DNA of 64,000 bases from Thermoanaerobaculia bacterium (GTDB taxonomy: Bacteria > Acidobacteriota > Thermoanaerobaculia > Multivoradales > Multivoraceae). The position numbers were made by a program, and so were the translations under genes. The stretch is from the NCBI GenBank assembly GCA_963664405.1, contig OY761158.1:5696001-5760000 (forward strand), in the 5' to 3' direction. The notes below the pieces were generated by a model, which was not told the origin of the DNA, made no database searches, and saw only the letters and a program-made list of their open reading frames with translations. Below, one piece after another: positions 1-10,431 of the stretch (position 1 is its first letter; every line of letters starts with the position of its first letter).

Positions 1-468
1 GTTCCCCTCTATGTCGAGTATGGCGTGGCCGATTTCGGCGTAGTGGGCAGCGACGTGCTGGCGGAGCGGGATGGCGACGTACTCGTGCCCGCCAGGCTCA
101 GCGAAGGGGGCTGTCGTCTCTCTCTCATCGGGCCCGAGGGCAGTTTGCCCGCGGCGGGTAGTCAGGTACGGTTGGCCACGAAATACCCCGGGCTCGCGCG
201 CCGTCTGGTCGCGTCTCGGTCGTGGGGTGCCGAAATCGTCAAGCTTTCAGGTTCTGTCGAGCTCGGTCCCTTGCTCCAACTGAGTGATGTTGCGCTGGAC
301 ATCGTGCAGACCGGTACAACGTTGCGCGAGAATCAGCTCGTCGAGCTCGAGGTGGTGGAGGATGTTTACCCCTGCCTGATCGTGAACCGCGCCTCCTATC
401 AGCGCTACCGCTCGCGGATCAACGAGCTGGTTCGAAGATTGGAAGAACAGGAGTTGGTGCTCTTATGA
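1..468 (+). CDS. hisG: ATP phosphoribosyltransferase, short form (5' end lies outside the window)
   Basis: Frame is open from base 1 (VPLYVEYGVADFGVVGSDVL). Motifs ATKYP, LSGSVEL and DIVQTGTTLREN are present. No C-terminal regulatory domain; stop overlaps the hisD start. Confidence 0.93.
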   Translation, partial: VPLYVEYGVADFGVVGSDVLAERDGDVLVPARLSEGGCRLSLIGPEGSLPAAGSQVRLATKYPGLARRLVASRSWGAEIVKLSGSVELGPLLQLSDVALDIVQTGTTLRENQLVELEVVEDVYPCLIVNRASYQRYRSRINELVRRLEEQELVLL

Positions 469-1763
469 CGATGCGACGAGTCAAAGTAGGGTCTCGGAAG
501 GGTGAGCGCGAGCTCTCGCGACTGGTGGGGCGCGCGCGCAGAGTTGTGGACACCAAGACCCTTCGTCGTGCGTCGAAGATCGTAAATCAGGTGCGGCGAC
601 ACGGAGATCGCGCTTTGGCTGAGCTCGTGCGCGAGCTCGATGGTGTCGAGGTGGGCGAGGTGTCGAGCCTCCGCTGCCAACCGGGGCGGGTTGGCGAGTT
701 GGAGGGGGTGCTGCCACCGAATTTTGTCGAAGCACTCGAGCGAGCCATTCAATCGGTCGACGAGTTCCACGCTCCGCAGGTCAGGGCCGGCTATGAGCTT
801 GACCGTGACGGCGTCTGGCTCGAAGAGCGGCGCGCGCCTCTGCGCAGAGTTGGTGTCTACATCCCTGGGGGTCGCTTCCCTTACCCCTCGACGGTCCTGA
901 TGACCGTGATTCCCGCCAGGCTTGCCGGCGTCGAAGAGATCGTCGTGGCCACGCCACCGCGTGCCTACGCCGAGAGCGCAGCGCTGCGCTATACCCTAGC
1001 TGCTCTCGATGTTCGAGAGATCTGGGGCATGGGCGGTGCCCAGGCTGTCGCCGCGCTGGCGTATGGCACCGAGAGCATTCGCCGCGTCGACAAGATCGTG
1101 GGGCCTGGAAACGTCTGGGTGAACGCCGCCAAGAAGATCGTAGCCGGTGACGTTGCGATCGATGGAGTCCCAGGGCCGACCGAGATCGTTGTTTTCGCCG
1201 ATGGATCGGCCGACCCATCGCTGGTGGCAGCCGATCTGCTGGCGCAGGCGGAGCACGACCCGATGGCGGCCGCGATCCTGGTGACACCGGAACCGGCGCT
1301 GGCGAAGGCAGTCGATGAGGAGCTCGCAGCGCAGCTCGGCGAGCTCTCGGCTCCCGCAGTCGCGCGCGAGGCGATAAAGCGCTTCGGTGTTGCGCTGATC
1401 GTGGAGGATTTGGAAGAGGGCCTGCGTGTCGCCGAGGTGATTGCACCGGAACATCTGCAGCTCATGGGCGAGGGCCCCGAGTCCTTGTCTCATCGCGCCC
1501 ACGCCGCGGGTGCGGTTCTTGTCGGCAGCGCCACGACGGCGGTATTTGGTGACTACGTGGCGGGCCCGAGTCACGTGCTTCCCACCTGTGGGTCCGCGCG
1601 ATTCGCTTCGTCTCTCGGAGTCGAGGACTTCGTTCGTCGTAGTCACTGCATTCGTTTTAGCCGAGAAGCGGCAAGCGATTGGAGCGAGACGGCGGCGACT
1701 CTAGCCGATGTCGAAGGCCTCGAGGCCCACGCGGCGGCGGCGCGGAGGCGGAGGTCGCCGTGA
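465..1763 (+). CDS. hisD: Histidinol dehydrogenase
   Basis: Motifs GVYIPGG, GGAQAVAALAYG, KIVGPGN, QAEHD, APEHL and GDYVAGPSHVLPT; his operon context. Confidence 0.97.
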   Translation: MTMRRVKVGSRKGERELSRLVGRARRVVDTKTLRRASKIVNQVRRHGDRALAELVRELDGVEVGEVSSLRCQPGRVGELEGVLPPNFVEALERAIQSVDEFHAPQVRAGYELDRDGVWLEERRAPLRRVGVYIPGGRFPYPSTVLMTVIPARLAGVEEIVVATPPRAYAESAALRYTLAALDVREIWGMGGAQAVAALAYGTESIRRVDKIVGPGNVWVNAAKKIVAGDVAIDGVPGPTEIVVFADGSADPSLVAADLLAQAEHDPMAAAILVTPEPALAKAVDEELAAQLGELSAPAVAREAIKRFGVALIVEDLEEGLRVAEVIAPEHLQLMGEGPESLSHRAHAAGAVLVGSATTAVFGDYVAGPSHVLPTCGSARFASSLGVEDFVRRSHCIRFSREAASDWSETAATLADVEGLEAHAAAARRRRSP

Positions 1764-2863
1764 GTGCTGTTGCCGGCCCCGCCGCCTTCGTCCGACCCGA
1801 GCTGCGTGAGCTCCACGCCTATACGCTGGAGCAGAGCGCTTGCCGCTTCAAGTTGGACCAGAACGAAGTGCCTTGGGACCTTCCTCAGCGTCTCAAGCGC
1901 TTGGCGCTGGACCGTCTTGCTGGGAGCGACTGGGCCCGCTATCCGGACTTCCACGCCGATGAGTTGCGCTTAGCGCTGTCGGAGCGGCACCAATGGCCCA
2001 TCGAGGGCATTCTCGCCGGCAATGGTTCCAACGAGCTGCTCGGCATCTGTCTCGAGGCCGTCTGCCGTCCCGGGACCGAGGTCCTCGGCTGTCTACCGAG
2101 CTTCGGCCTCTACGAGATGTTCGTACGCCGTGCCGGTGGCCGCTCATGCTTTCTCGAGCCCCGCCCTGATCTGAGACTGCCGCTGGACGAGCTGATGGAA
2201 GAAGTGGCGAGAGATCCACGCCGGCCGGTGCTGCTCTGTACTCCGAACAATCCCACCGGTGCGGCGGCTAGCCCGGATCAGCTCGGGGAGTTGGCACGTA
2301 GCTTGGAAGCCCCGCTTCTCCTCGACAATGCCTATGGTGAGTTCTGCCGCTGGGACTATCGTCCGTTGCTCCGTCAGCACCCGAATCTCGTATTGTTCCG
2401 GACTTTTTCGAAGGCTTGGTCACTTGGCGGGATGCGGCTTGGCTATCTTCTTGCCAGTCCCGATCTGGTGGCTGAGCTGATCAAGGTCAAGCTTCCCTAC
2501 AACCTCAACCACGCCGCCATAGCCGCAGGTCTTGCCGTCCTCGCCGATGCCCAGGTTGCAGAACGCCGCGTTCGTGTCCTCACTGCGCGACGAGAGCAGT
2601 GGCGAGAGATGATGGTGAGTCACGGTCTTCATGTCTACCCTTCTGAGGGCAACTTTCTGCTGGTTTCCGTGGAGCCTGTATTGGCGTCGAACCAAGGCCT
2701 GGCACAAGCGGTCAGGTCTTTGCGCGATGGGCTCAGCGACCGAGGAATACTGGTTCGGGACGTCAGCGGCTATCCGGGGCTCGCCGGTTGTTTTCGAGTC
2801 GGAGTCGGCAATGGCGCTGCTCTGCGTGCGACCCGTAGCGCGCTCGAGGAGATTCTCGAATGA
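1760..2863 (+). CDS. hisC: Histidinol-phosphate aminotransferase
   Basis: Motifs KLDQNE, NGSNE, PNNPTG, DNAY and RTFSKAWSLGGMRLGY (PLP lysine). GTG at 1760 overlaps the hisD TGA. Confidence 0.95.
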   Translation: MSAVAGPAAFVRPELRELHAYTLEQSACRFKLDQNEVPWDLPQRLKRLALDRLAGSDWARYPDFHADELRLALSERHQWPIEGILAGNGSNELLGICLEAVCRPGTEVLGCLPSFGLYEMFVRRAGGRSCFLEPRPDLRLPLDELMEEVARDPRRPVLLCTPNNPTGAAASPDQLGELARSLEAPLLLDNAYGEFCRWDYRPLLRQHPNLVLFRTFSKAWSLGGMRLGYLLASPDLVAELIKVKLPYNLNHAAIAAGLAVLADAQVAERRVRVLTARREQWREMMVSHGLHVYPSEGNFLLVSVEPVLASNQGLAQAVRSLRDGLSDRGILVRDVSGYPGLAGCFRVGVGNGAALRATRSALEEILE

Positions 2864-3462
2864 GCTCACGACAGGCAGAGATTGTTCGCAAGACCAAGGA
2901 GACCGAGGTTCGGGCACGTCTGAACCTGGATGGTGGCCCGGTTGTGGTTCACGTTCCCAATGGTTTCTTCGGTCATATGCTCGAAGCGTTGGCCAAGCAC
3001 TCGGGTTTCGGACTCGAGATCGAGGCTCAGGGCGACACGCAGGTGGACCTTCACCACACCGTTGAAGATGTAGGCATCGTCCTCGGGGAGTGTCTGCGGG
3101 AGGCGTTGGGAGAGGCTCGCGGCGTTGTTCGCTTCGGGCAGGCTCACGCGCCCCTCGATGAGGCTCTGGCCCGCGCAGTCGTCGATCTTTCGGGAAGGGG
3201 CTTCCTCGATCTCACTCTGGGAGCCGAGCTTGCCGCGAGCTGGGTAACGCCGGAGTTCCCGATGACCCTGCTGCACGACTTCTTTCATGCCTTCGCCGAG
3301 CGCGGGCGGGTGACCCTGCATGTGGATGTGCTGAAAGGCCGCAATCCCCATCATGTCGCCGAAGCCAGCTTCAAGGCGGTGGCGGTGGCTCTGCGCCAGG
3401 CGACAGCTCAGCGCTCCGGTGTCGACGATGTACCTTCGACCAAGGGCACGCTGAGCTCTTGA
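2860..3462 (+). CDS. hisB: Imidazoleglycerol-phosphate dehydratase
   Basis: Motifs RKTKET, FFGHML, DLHHTVED, DEAL, DLSGR, NPHHVAEASFK and PSTKG. Confidence 0.97.
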   Translation: MSSRQAEIVRKTKETEVRARLNLDGGPVVVHVPNGFFGHMLEALAKHSGFGLEIEAQGDTQVDLHHTVEDVGIVLGECLREALGEARGVVRFGQAHAPLDEALARAVVDLSGRGFLDLTLGAELAASWVTPEFPMTLLHDFFHAFAERGRVTLHVDVLKGRNPHHVAEASFKAVAVALRQATAQRSGVDDVPSTKGTLSS

Positions 3463-3468
3463 GGTGGA

Positions 3469-4095
3469 GTGATGCGAGCTATAGTCATCGACGCCGGTGT
3501 CGGCAACCTGGGCAACTTGAAACGGGCGGTAGAGTCTCTCGGCGCCGAAGGGAAGATCACCCACGATCCGGCCGAGGTAGCCTCCAGCCGTGTACTTCTG
3601 TTGCCGGGGGTAGGTGCCTTCCGCCCTCCCCGCGAGACCCTGAGGGGTGCTCTCGAAGAAGCTATCGACCACGCTCTCGAGCAGGGGGCTTGGCTGCTGG
3701 GGATCTGCATCGGCTTCCAGCTTCTCTTCGACGAGAGCGAAGAGTTCGGTCTCACCGACGGCCTCGGCCTGCTCTCGGGCCGAGTCGAGCCGCTGCCCAC
3801 GGGTGTCGAGCTACCTCATATGGGCTGGAACCGGCTTCACTCACTGAGCCCACATCCGCTTCTCGACGGCATTGCCGAGGGATCCTTCGTGTACTTCGTG
3901 CACAGTTTCGCGCCGGCGGGGGTTCCCCTAGAGGGCACTCTTGCCGCCTGCACTCACGGCCGTACGTTTCCCGCCATCTGTGGGAGAGAGCGTGTGCTCG
4001 GCACCCAATTCCACCCCGAGAAGAGCGGTTCCATCGGCCTGCGGCTGCTGCGCAACTACCTGGAGATGGCGAATGGAACTGCTGCCGGCAATTGA
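3469..4095 (+). CDS. hisH: Imidazole glycerol phosphate synthase, glutaminase subunit
   Basis: Motifs LPGVGAF, GICIGFQ, PHMGWN, YFVHSF and QFHPEKSG; GAGGTGGAG ribosome-binding site upstream. Confidence 0.96.
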   Translation: MMRAIVIDAGVGNLGNLKRAVESLGAEGKITHDPAEVASSRVLLLPGVGAFRPPRETLRGALEEAIDHALEQGAWLLGICIGFQLLFDESEEFGLTDGLGLLSGRVEPLPTGVELPHMGWNRLHSLSPHPLLDGIAEGSFVYFVHSFAPAGVPLEGTLAACTHGRTFPAICGRERVLGTQFHPEKSGSIGLRLLRNYLEMANGTAAGN

Positions 4096-4801
4096 TCTCA
4101 GAAAGGGCCGAGTCGTTCGTTTGCGCAAGGGTGACGATGCCCAGCGCACGACTTACGATGTGGATCCGTTGGATACCCTCCTTCATTATGCCGATCTCGG
4201 AGTCGGGCGCGTTCATGTGGTCGACCTCGATGCGGCGTTCGGCGAATTGCCACAACGCGAGCTGGTCGAGAGACTCGCGGGTCACTCCCTGGCTCCACGC
4301 ATTGAGCTCGGGGGTGGGTTGCGCGACGCGGAGTCGATCGAGTGGGCTTTCGACGCCGGCGTGGAGCGCGCGGTCATAACGTCGATGATCGTCAACGATT
4401 TCGAGCTCTTCGGCGAGCTCGCAGTAGCCTGGCCCGACCGTCTGGTGGCTGCCCTCGATGTTGCGGATGGAGCTCTGCGTTACTCGGGTTGGACGGCGAG
4501 CGCCGAGAGAGATCTCGACGATATTTGCCTCGACCTTGCCCCGTTGCCGCTGGCCGCGGCCCTGGTCACCGACATCTCTCGCGACGGCACTCTCACTGGG
4601 CCCAACGTCGAGCTTCTCTGTGAGGTTGCCGGAAAGGCTTGCGCTCCTGGCATTCTCTCCGGTGGGGTGCGTTCTTTGGACGATCTTCGACAGGCTCGCC
4701 AAGCCGCCGCAGTTGCAGAGGTCGTGGTGGGAAAAGCGCTCTACGATGGCGCGATCGATGCGCGCGAGGCCATGCGGGTGTGTCGCGGGGAGGTCGAATG
4801 A
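4073..4801 (+). CDS. hisA: ProFAR isomerase
   Basis: ATG at 4073 gives [17 protein letters not shown]; motifs [13 protein letters not shown] and [11 protein letters not shown]. Confidence 0.95.
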   Translation: MELLPAIDLRKGRVVRLRKGDDAQRTTYDVDPLDTLLHYADLGVGRVHVVDLDAAFGELPQRELVERLAGHSLAPRIELGGGLRDAESIEWAFDAGVERAVITSMIVNDFELFGELAVAWPDRLVAALDVADGALRYSGWTASAERDLDDICLDLAPLPLAAALVTDISRDGTLTGPNVELLCEVAGKACAPGILSGGVRSLDDLRQARQAAAVAEVVVGKALYDGAIDAREAMRVCRGEVE

Positions 4802-5601
4802 CAGCGGAACCTCGGTCGGCCACCGCCACCGGCCTCACCGCTCGCATCATCCCCTGCCTCGATGTCGCGGCAGGAAGGGTGGTGAAAGGGGTCAACTTCA
4901 AAGACCTGCGCGATCAGGGCGATCCGGCCGACTGCGCTCTTCGATACGCCGAGCAGGGTGCCGACGAGATCGTCTTTCTCGACATTACGGCGGCTCCGGA
5001 GCGGCGACGGACCAACCTCGAGTGGGTCACCCGCACCGCCGAACAGGTGTTTGTACCGTTGAGCGTCGGCGGCGGCGTGCGAGAAGTGGAAGATGGACGC
5101 AAACTGCTGCAAGCGGGAGCCGACAAGGTGGCTGTGAACACCGCGGCGGTAGAGCGCCCTGGTCTACTCTCCGAGCTGGCACGGCGCTTCGGCTCGCAGT
5201 GTGTCGTACTTTCGGTCGATGCCCGCCGGATCGGCGGAGACACGGGATCGCCAGGCTGGGAAGTAGTGACCCAGGGCGGGCGGAAGCCGACTGGGAAGGA
5301 TGCGCTGACCTGGATTCGCGAAGGCGTCGAGCGCGGCGCCGGTGAGATCCTGCTCACCAGCATCGATGCGGACGGCACTCAAGACGGTTACGATCTGGAG
5401 CTCCTGCGCCGTGTCTCGGAGATTGTCTCGGTGCCGGTAGTGGCTTCCGGCGGCGCCGGCACAGTCGCGCATCTCGCCCGTGCTCTGGAGGCGGGATCCT
5501 CGGCGGTGCTCGCCGCTTCGATCTTCCATCAATCTATGTTTACTCCTAACGAGGTGAAGCGCCAGCTCGATGAGATGGGCTTCGCCATGAGGCTTCCATG
5601 A
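4798..5601 (+). CDS. hisF: Imidazole glycerol phosphate synthase, cyclase subunit
   Basis: Motifs [45 protein letters not shown] and AASIFH. Confidence 0.97.
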   Translation: MTAEPRSATATGLTARIIPCLDVAAGRVVKGVNFKDLRDQGDPADCALRYAEQGADEIVFLDITAAPERRRTNLEWVTRTAEQVFVPLSVGGGVREVEDGRKLLQAGADKVAVNTAAVERPGLLSELARRFGSQCVVLSVDARRIGGDTGSPGWEVVTQGGRKPTGKDALTWIREGVERGAGEILLTSIDADGTQDGYDLELLRRVSEIVSVPVVASGGAGTVAHLARALEAGSSAVLAASIFHQSMFTPNEVKRQLDEMGFAMRLP

Positions 5602-5918
5602 GCGCACCATCTTCGACAGGCATGGACTTGGGTTGGCTTTGGGACACTTTGGAGGAGAGGCGTCGTGAGGGCGATGCTGACAGTTCATATACGGCTCGGC
5701 TGCTCGACTCCGGCCCGGATCGCATCGCCCAGAAGGTTGGCGAAGAGGCGACAGAGACCATCATCGCCGGCCTGAGGATGCGCTTGGACGGTGGGGCGGA
5801 GGAGTTGGTCGGCGAGGCCGCGGATCTGGTGTACCACCTGATGGTCTTTCTGCTCGTCAACGACTTGACCCTGGCTGATGTGGTCGACGAGCTGCAACGG
5901 AGGCATCGAGACCCATGA
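5598..5918 (+). CDS. hisE: Phosphoribosyl-ATP pyrophosphohydrolase (stand-alone, not fused to HisI)
   Basis: Motifs [14 protein letters not shown] and [11 protein letters not shown]. Confidence 0.94.
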   Translation: MSAPSSTGMDLGWLWDTLEERRREGDADSSYTARLLDSGPDRIAQKVGEEATETIIAGLRMRLDGGAEELVGEAADLVYHLMVFLLVNDLTLADVVDELQRRHRDP

Positions 5919-7402
5919 GCGCGGGCGGCACTTTGGGTCCTCCGGCTGCGGTCGCGTCTTCGCAGAGGGTGCGCACTGCTGTTCCGCACACTCTCGAGTT
6001 CATCGCCGATACTCTTACCCCGGTCGGGGTATACCGACGATTGCGTTCGGCCTCTCCGTACGCTTTTCTGCTCGAGTCGATCACGGGTGGCGAGCAGGTG
6101 TCTCGATTCAGCTTTGTCGGCGCCGGCCCTTCGGTCGTGTGCCGACTGTGGCCGGACCGCCTCGAGATCGAGGAGGGAGGCGAGAGAAGCATCGCAGACG
6201 GGTTACCTCTGGATGCACTGCAAGAATTGCTTGCCGGTATCCGCAGTACCCCTAGCGACATTCCCCTGACCGGGGGGTGGGTCGGCTTTTTCGGCTACGA
6301 CACCATCCGATTGGTCGAGCGACTCCCGAATCGCCCCACCGACCCCTATGGGCTGCCCTATGCGGCATTAGCTCGCTACGACAGCCTTGTAGTTTTCGAC
6401 CATGCCAGACAGCGAGTCGTGGCGTTGGCTAACGAGATCGAGGGCGAGGTGGACGCCGACAGAGCCAGAGCCCGGCTCGGCGAGCTTTCGGATCTGCTCG
6501 TACGTGCCGATGAGAGTGGGGCTGTCGCCATGCCGCCCGCTGGCACGGTGCAGCCGGCGGCGACCCTGCCTCCGACCCTGTCGAGCGAGGAGTACCAAGA
6601 GGCGGTGCGCAAGGCGAAGGCCTATATCCAGGCTGGGGATATCTTTCAGGTGGTCCCGGCAAGGCGTTGGCGCGCGCTGAAGTGTCCGGCACCACTGGAG
6701 GTTTATCGCGCCTTGCGCATGGTGAACCCGAGTCCCTATATGGTGCTACTCGAGACGCCGGAGCTCGCTTTGGTGTCGGGGTCGCCGGAGATGGTAGTGC
6801 GGAAATCGGGGGAAGTGCTCGAGAGTCGTCCGATTGCGGGCACACGGCCTCGTGGTGGGACTCCGGAAGAGGATCACCGCTTGGCGCAGGACCTGCTGGC
6901 GGACGCCAAGGAGAGGGCCGAGCACCTCATGCTCGTCGATCTGCATCGAAACGATCTAGGTCGGGTTGCACAGGCGGCGAGCGTTCATGTGCCCGATTTC
7001 ATGGCGGTTGAGTACTACTCGCATGTCATCCATCTGGTGTCCTCGGTCGAAGCCCGTATTCGGCCGGAGTGCTCTGCCCTCGATGCGCTGCTGGCATCTT
7101 TCCCTGCCGGTACTCTCTCGGGCGCACCGAAGATTCGGGCGATGGAGATCATCGATGAGCTGGAGCCTGAGGCGCGTGGCCCTTACGGTGGTGCCATCGG
7201 CTACTTCTCTTATTCGGGCGATCTAGACACATGCATCACCATACGTACGATCGTGATGGTTGACGGCGAGGCGTCGGTAAGCGCGGGAGCCGGCATCGTC
7301 GCCGACTCCGACCCTGAAACCGAAGTGCTAGAGACGGAGAACAAGGCGGCGGCTCTGCTACAGGCCCTGGGCTTGGCTGGCGCGTTGGAGGAGGAGCGAT
7401 GA
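5915..7402 (+). CDS. trpE: Anthranilate synthase component I
   Basis: Trp-feedback motifs FLLES and NPSPYM; also GDIFQVV, RPIAGT, KERAEHLMLVDL, GTLSGAPK and AGAGIVADS. Confidence 0.96.
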   Translation: MSAGGTLGPPAAVASSQRVRTAVPHTLEFIADTLTPVGVYRRLRSASPYAFLLESITGGEQVSRFSFVGAGPSVVCRLWPDRLEIEEGGERSIADGLPLDALQELLAGIRSTPSDIPLTGGWVGFFGYDTIRLVERLPNRPTDPYGLPYAALARYDSLVVFDHARQRVVALANEIEGEVDADRARARLGELSDLLVRADESGAVAMPPAGTVQPAATLPPTLSSEEYQEAVRKAKAYIQAGDIFQVVPARRWRALKCPAPLEVYRALRMVNPSPYMVLLETPELALVSGSPEMVVRKSGEVLESRPIAGTRPRGGTPEEDHRLAQDLLADAKERAEHLMLVDLHRNDLGRVAQAASVHVPDFMAVEYYSHVIHLVSSVEARIRPECSALDALLASFPAGTLSGAPKIRAMEIIDELEPEARGPYGGAIGYFSYSGDLDTCITIRTIVMVDGEASVSAGAGIVADSDPETEVLETENKAAALLQALGLAGALEEER

Positions 7403-7992
7403 TACTGGTGATCGACAATTATGATTCGTTCACCTACAACCTGGTGCAGCTGCTCCTCGGTCTTGAACAGGAAGTGGTGGTACGGCGCAACGACGTCGCT
7501 TCGGTGCCGGAGTTGTTGGCTCTCGAGCCCGATGCGATCGTGCTTTCGCCAGGGCCGGGCCGGCCGGAGAACGCCGGTATTTGTGTCGACCTGATTCGCT
7601 CCGAGCCGTCCGCCCCTTTGCTCGGAGTCTGTCTCGGCCATCAGGCCTTGGCCCTCGCCTTTGGTGGCGCTATCGAGGCGGCGCCGGTTCTGATGCACGG
7701 CAAGACCTCTCGAGTGCACCATACGGGCACGGGAATCCTCAGCGGTCTGCCCGACCCCTTCGAGGCTACGCGGTACCACAGCCTCCGGGTCGCGGAGGAG
7801 CATCAGCCGGATTGTCTCGAGGTACACGCTCGTGCCGAGGACGATGGCAGCGTGATGGCTATGGCGCACTGTGAGCTTCCCTACTGGGGAGTGCAGTTTC
7901 ATCCCGAGTCGATTCTCACCACGACTGGCGGCCAGCTTCTCGAGCAGTTTCTCGAGCTGTCGCGAGCCCAGACGGTCGAAGCCGGAGGTTGA
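7399..7992 (+). CDS. trpG: Anthranilate synthase component II (glutamine amidotransferase)
   Basis: Motifs IDNYDSFTYNL, SPGPG, GVCLGHQ, RYHSL and QFHPES. Confidence 0.96.
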   Translation: MILVIDNYDSFTYNLVQLLLGLEQEVVVRRNDVASVPELLALEPDAIVLSPGPGRPENAGICVDLIRSEPSAPLLGVCLGHQALALAFGGAIEAAPVLMHGKTSRVHHTGTGILSGLPDPFEATRYHSLRVAEEHQPDCLEVHARAEDDGSVMAMAHCELPYWGVQFHPESILTTTGGQLLEQFLELSRAQTVEAGG

Positions 7993-7997
7993 GGCGC

Positions 7998-9002
7998 ATG
8001 AACGAGCGAGAAGCACTGCAGCGTTGGATTGACGGCGAGGATCTCGATCGCGGCGAGGTCGAGGGGCTCTTCGGCCGTCTTATGGACGGTGCTCTGTCCG
8101 ATGTCTACAAGGCCGCCCTCTTGGCCGCTTTGGCCGGCAAAGGAGAGAGCGTCGCGGAGATCACGGGCGCCGCCGCGGCGATGCGGAGCCGGGTCACTCC
8201 GATACCGCATCATCGTGATCGTCTGGTCGACACCTGTGGAACGGGTGGCGATGGCTCCGGCAGCTTCAACATCTCGACCGCGGCTGCGCTGGTCGCGGCC
8301 GGCGCCGGCGTCGAGATCGCGAAGCATGGCAATCGGTCGGTGTCGTCGCAGTGTGGCTCCGCCGATGTGCTCGAGCAACTGGGCGTGAAAGTTCAGGTGT
8401 CGCCGGAGGAGGCCGGGCTGGCTCTCGATACGATTGGTGTCGCGTTTCTCTTTGCGCCGGGGTTACACCCGGCGATGCGAGAGGTGATGCCGGTGCGCCG
8501 CGAGCTAGGAGTGCGCACCGTGTTCAATCTCGTGGCACCGCTCACCAACCCGGCCGGAGCGCGCCGTCAGGTTCTAGGGGTTCCGGAACGACGATGGGTG
8601 TCGACGCATGCCGCGGTGCTTGCCGACCTCGGCTGTGACCATGCGCTGGTGGTGCATGGTGACGGGCTCGACGAGATCACCACCACGGGGGAGACTCACG
8701 TTGCTGAAGTCCGAGGACCCGACGTCGGGACGACCACTATCCGCCCCGAGGAGTTTGGAATTCGCCCGGTGTCGAAGGCGGATCTGGCCGGAGGCAGCGC
8801 CGAGGTCAATGCCGCCTCCATGATGAAGATCCTGGAGGGAGAAGAGGGTCCGCTGGCCGATATAAGCGCGCTCAACGCAGGCGCCGCGATCTACGTAGGA
8901 GGCTTGGCGGATGATCTCGCGAGTGGTGTCGATCTGGCCCGCGAGTGCCTCGCCTCCGGGGCCGCCCTCGCCAAACTGGAAGAGCTCAAGGGAATCGGAT
9001 GA
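7998..9002 (+). CDS. trpD: Anthranilate phosphoribosyltransferase
   Basis: Motifs DTCGTGGDG, NISTA, KHGNRSVSS, GSAD, RTVFN and HGDGLDE. ATG at 7998; an alternative TTG lies at 7989. Confidence 0.96.
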   Translation: MNEREALQRWIDGEDLDRGEVEGLFGRLMDGALSDVYKAALLAALAGKGESVAEITGAAAAMRSRVTPIPHHRDRLVDTCGTGGDGSGSFNISTAAALVAAGAGVEIAKHGNRSVSSQCGSADVLEQLGVKVQVSPEEAGLALDTIGVAFLFAPGLHPAMREVMPVRRELGVRTVFNLVAPLTNPAGARRQVLGVPERRWVSTHAAVLADLGCDHALVVHGDGLDEITTTGETHVAEVRGPDVGTTTIRPEEFGIRPVSKADLAGGSAEVNAASMMKILEGEEGPLADISALNAGAAIYVGGLADDLASGVDLARECLASGAALAKLEELKGIG

Positions 9003-9802
9003 TGACTCCGTCGGCGCCTCCAGACATCCTCTTGCGTATCGCGGCCCGTCGCCGCGTACGTTACGGATTGGCGCCCGGCGAGTACGCGGAGCCCGCCACT
9101 CCTGGGCCCGAGGGTAGCGATGTCCACAACGCCTTCTGTGCAGCCTTGGCCGATCGCCGCGGTCGCGCGGTGATTGCAGAGGTGAAGATGGGCTCGCCGA
9201 AGTTGGGCTCCTTGGTGGGGACCTTCGATCCCTTGGAGCAGGCGCGCACTTACGCCCGAAGCGGCGCCGCGGCCCTCTCGGTCGTGGTCGAGCCGGACTT
9301 CTTTCACGGTAGCTACGATTTGCTCCGCCAATGCCAGCGCGCCAGCGGCCTACCGGCGATCGCCAAGGACTTCGTGGTGTGCGGGCGACAGCTGGCCGAG
9401 GCGAAGGAGGCCGGAGCGAGCGCTGTCCTGCTGATCGCCGCTCTCTACGAGGCCGAGACCCTGCGAGCCTTCGCGGGCGAGGCCAGGCGGCTGGGTTTGG
9501 TTCCGCTGGTCGAGACCCATGATCCCTCTGACTTGGCCAAACTCGGCGGCTCGCGCTGGGAGCTGGTGGGAGTGAACAACCGAGACCTGCGCACTTTCCA
9601 AGTCGACCTCGACCGCTCGATCGGCCTGCTCGACAGGCTTCCCGCGGGTGCGCTGAAGGTCGCGGAGAGCGGTATCCACAGCTCGTGCGATGTGGAACGG
9701 CTCCGGTCGGCCGGCTTTGATGCCTTTCTCATCGGCGAGTCTCTGGTTACAGCGCAAGATCCGGCGGCGAAGTTGATGGAGCTCATGGGAGAGCCGGTAT
9801 GA
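8999..9802 (+). CDS. trpC: Indole-3-glycerol phosphate synthase
   Basis: Motifs IAEVKMGSP, ALSV, KDF, LVE, GVNNRDL, VAESGI and LIGESL. Confidence 0.94.
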   Translation: MMTPSAPPDILLRIAARRRVRYGLAPGEYAEPATPGPEGSDVHNAFCAALADRRGRAVIAEVKMGSPKLGSLVGTFDPLEQARTYARSGAAALSVVVEPDFFHGSYDLLRQCQRASGLPAIAKDFVVCGRQLAEAKEAGASAVLLIAALYEAETLRAFAGEARRLGLVPLVETHDPSDLAKLGGSRWELVGVNNRDLRTFQVDLDRSIGLLDRLPAGALKVAESGIHSSCDVERLRSAGFDAFLIGESLVTAQDPAAKLMELMGEPV

Positions 9803-10431
9803 GTCGCCCCAAGGTCAAGATCTGCGGCCTGACGACGGTCGAGGATGTCGAGACCGCGCTTGCTCTAGGAGCCGACTTCGTCGGCCTCAATTTCTACGAG
9901 CCGAGCCCGCGTTACGTGGACCTGGGGACTGCACGTCGGCTCCGCGACACTGTTGGTGACCGAGCGACGGTGGTGGGTGTCTTTGTGAATTCGACTTCGG
10001 CCGGGGAGATCGCCGATGATGTCGGCCTCGATCTCTTGCAGTTCCATGGTGACGAGGGCCCCGCGTTCGTAGCGGAGTTCGCCGAGCGAGCGATCAAGGT
10101 CTTCCGAGTTGGCAAGCACTTTGATGCCGCGCAGCTCGAAGACTATGCGGCCACGTGGGGCTACCTGTTCGACAATGGCAACGTCTCCGCGCGCGGAGGA
10201 AGCGGTTTGCCATGGTCCTGGGAACTGGTCAGCGCGGTTGCGACCGACAAACCGATTTTCATTGCCGGCGGTGTCTCTCCCCAGAACGTGGGCTCCCTCT
10301 GTGCCCGGGTTCATCCGTGGGGCATCGACGTGTGCTCGGGGGTCGAAGCCTCCAAGGGGCGCAAGGATCCCGCTCTTCTGCAACGACTCTTCCAGGAGAT
10401 TGAAGATGGCGAAGCACAAGCAGCTTCCTGA
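9799..10431 (+). CDS. trpF: Phosphoribosylanthranilate isomerase
   Basis: Motifs VKICGLT, SPRYV, VGVF, QFHGDE, GGSG, IAGG and DVCSGVE. Confidence 0.95.
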   Translation: MSRPKVKICGLTTVEDVETALALGADFVGLNFYEPSPRYVDLGTARRLRDTVGDRATVVGVFVNSTSAGEIADDVGLDLLQFHGDEGPAFVAEFAERAIKVFRVGKHFDAAQLEDYAATWGYLFDNGNVSARGGSGLPWSWELVSAVATDKPIFIAGGVSPQNVGSLCARVHPWGIDVCSGVEASKGRKDPALLQRLFQEIEDGEAQAAS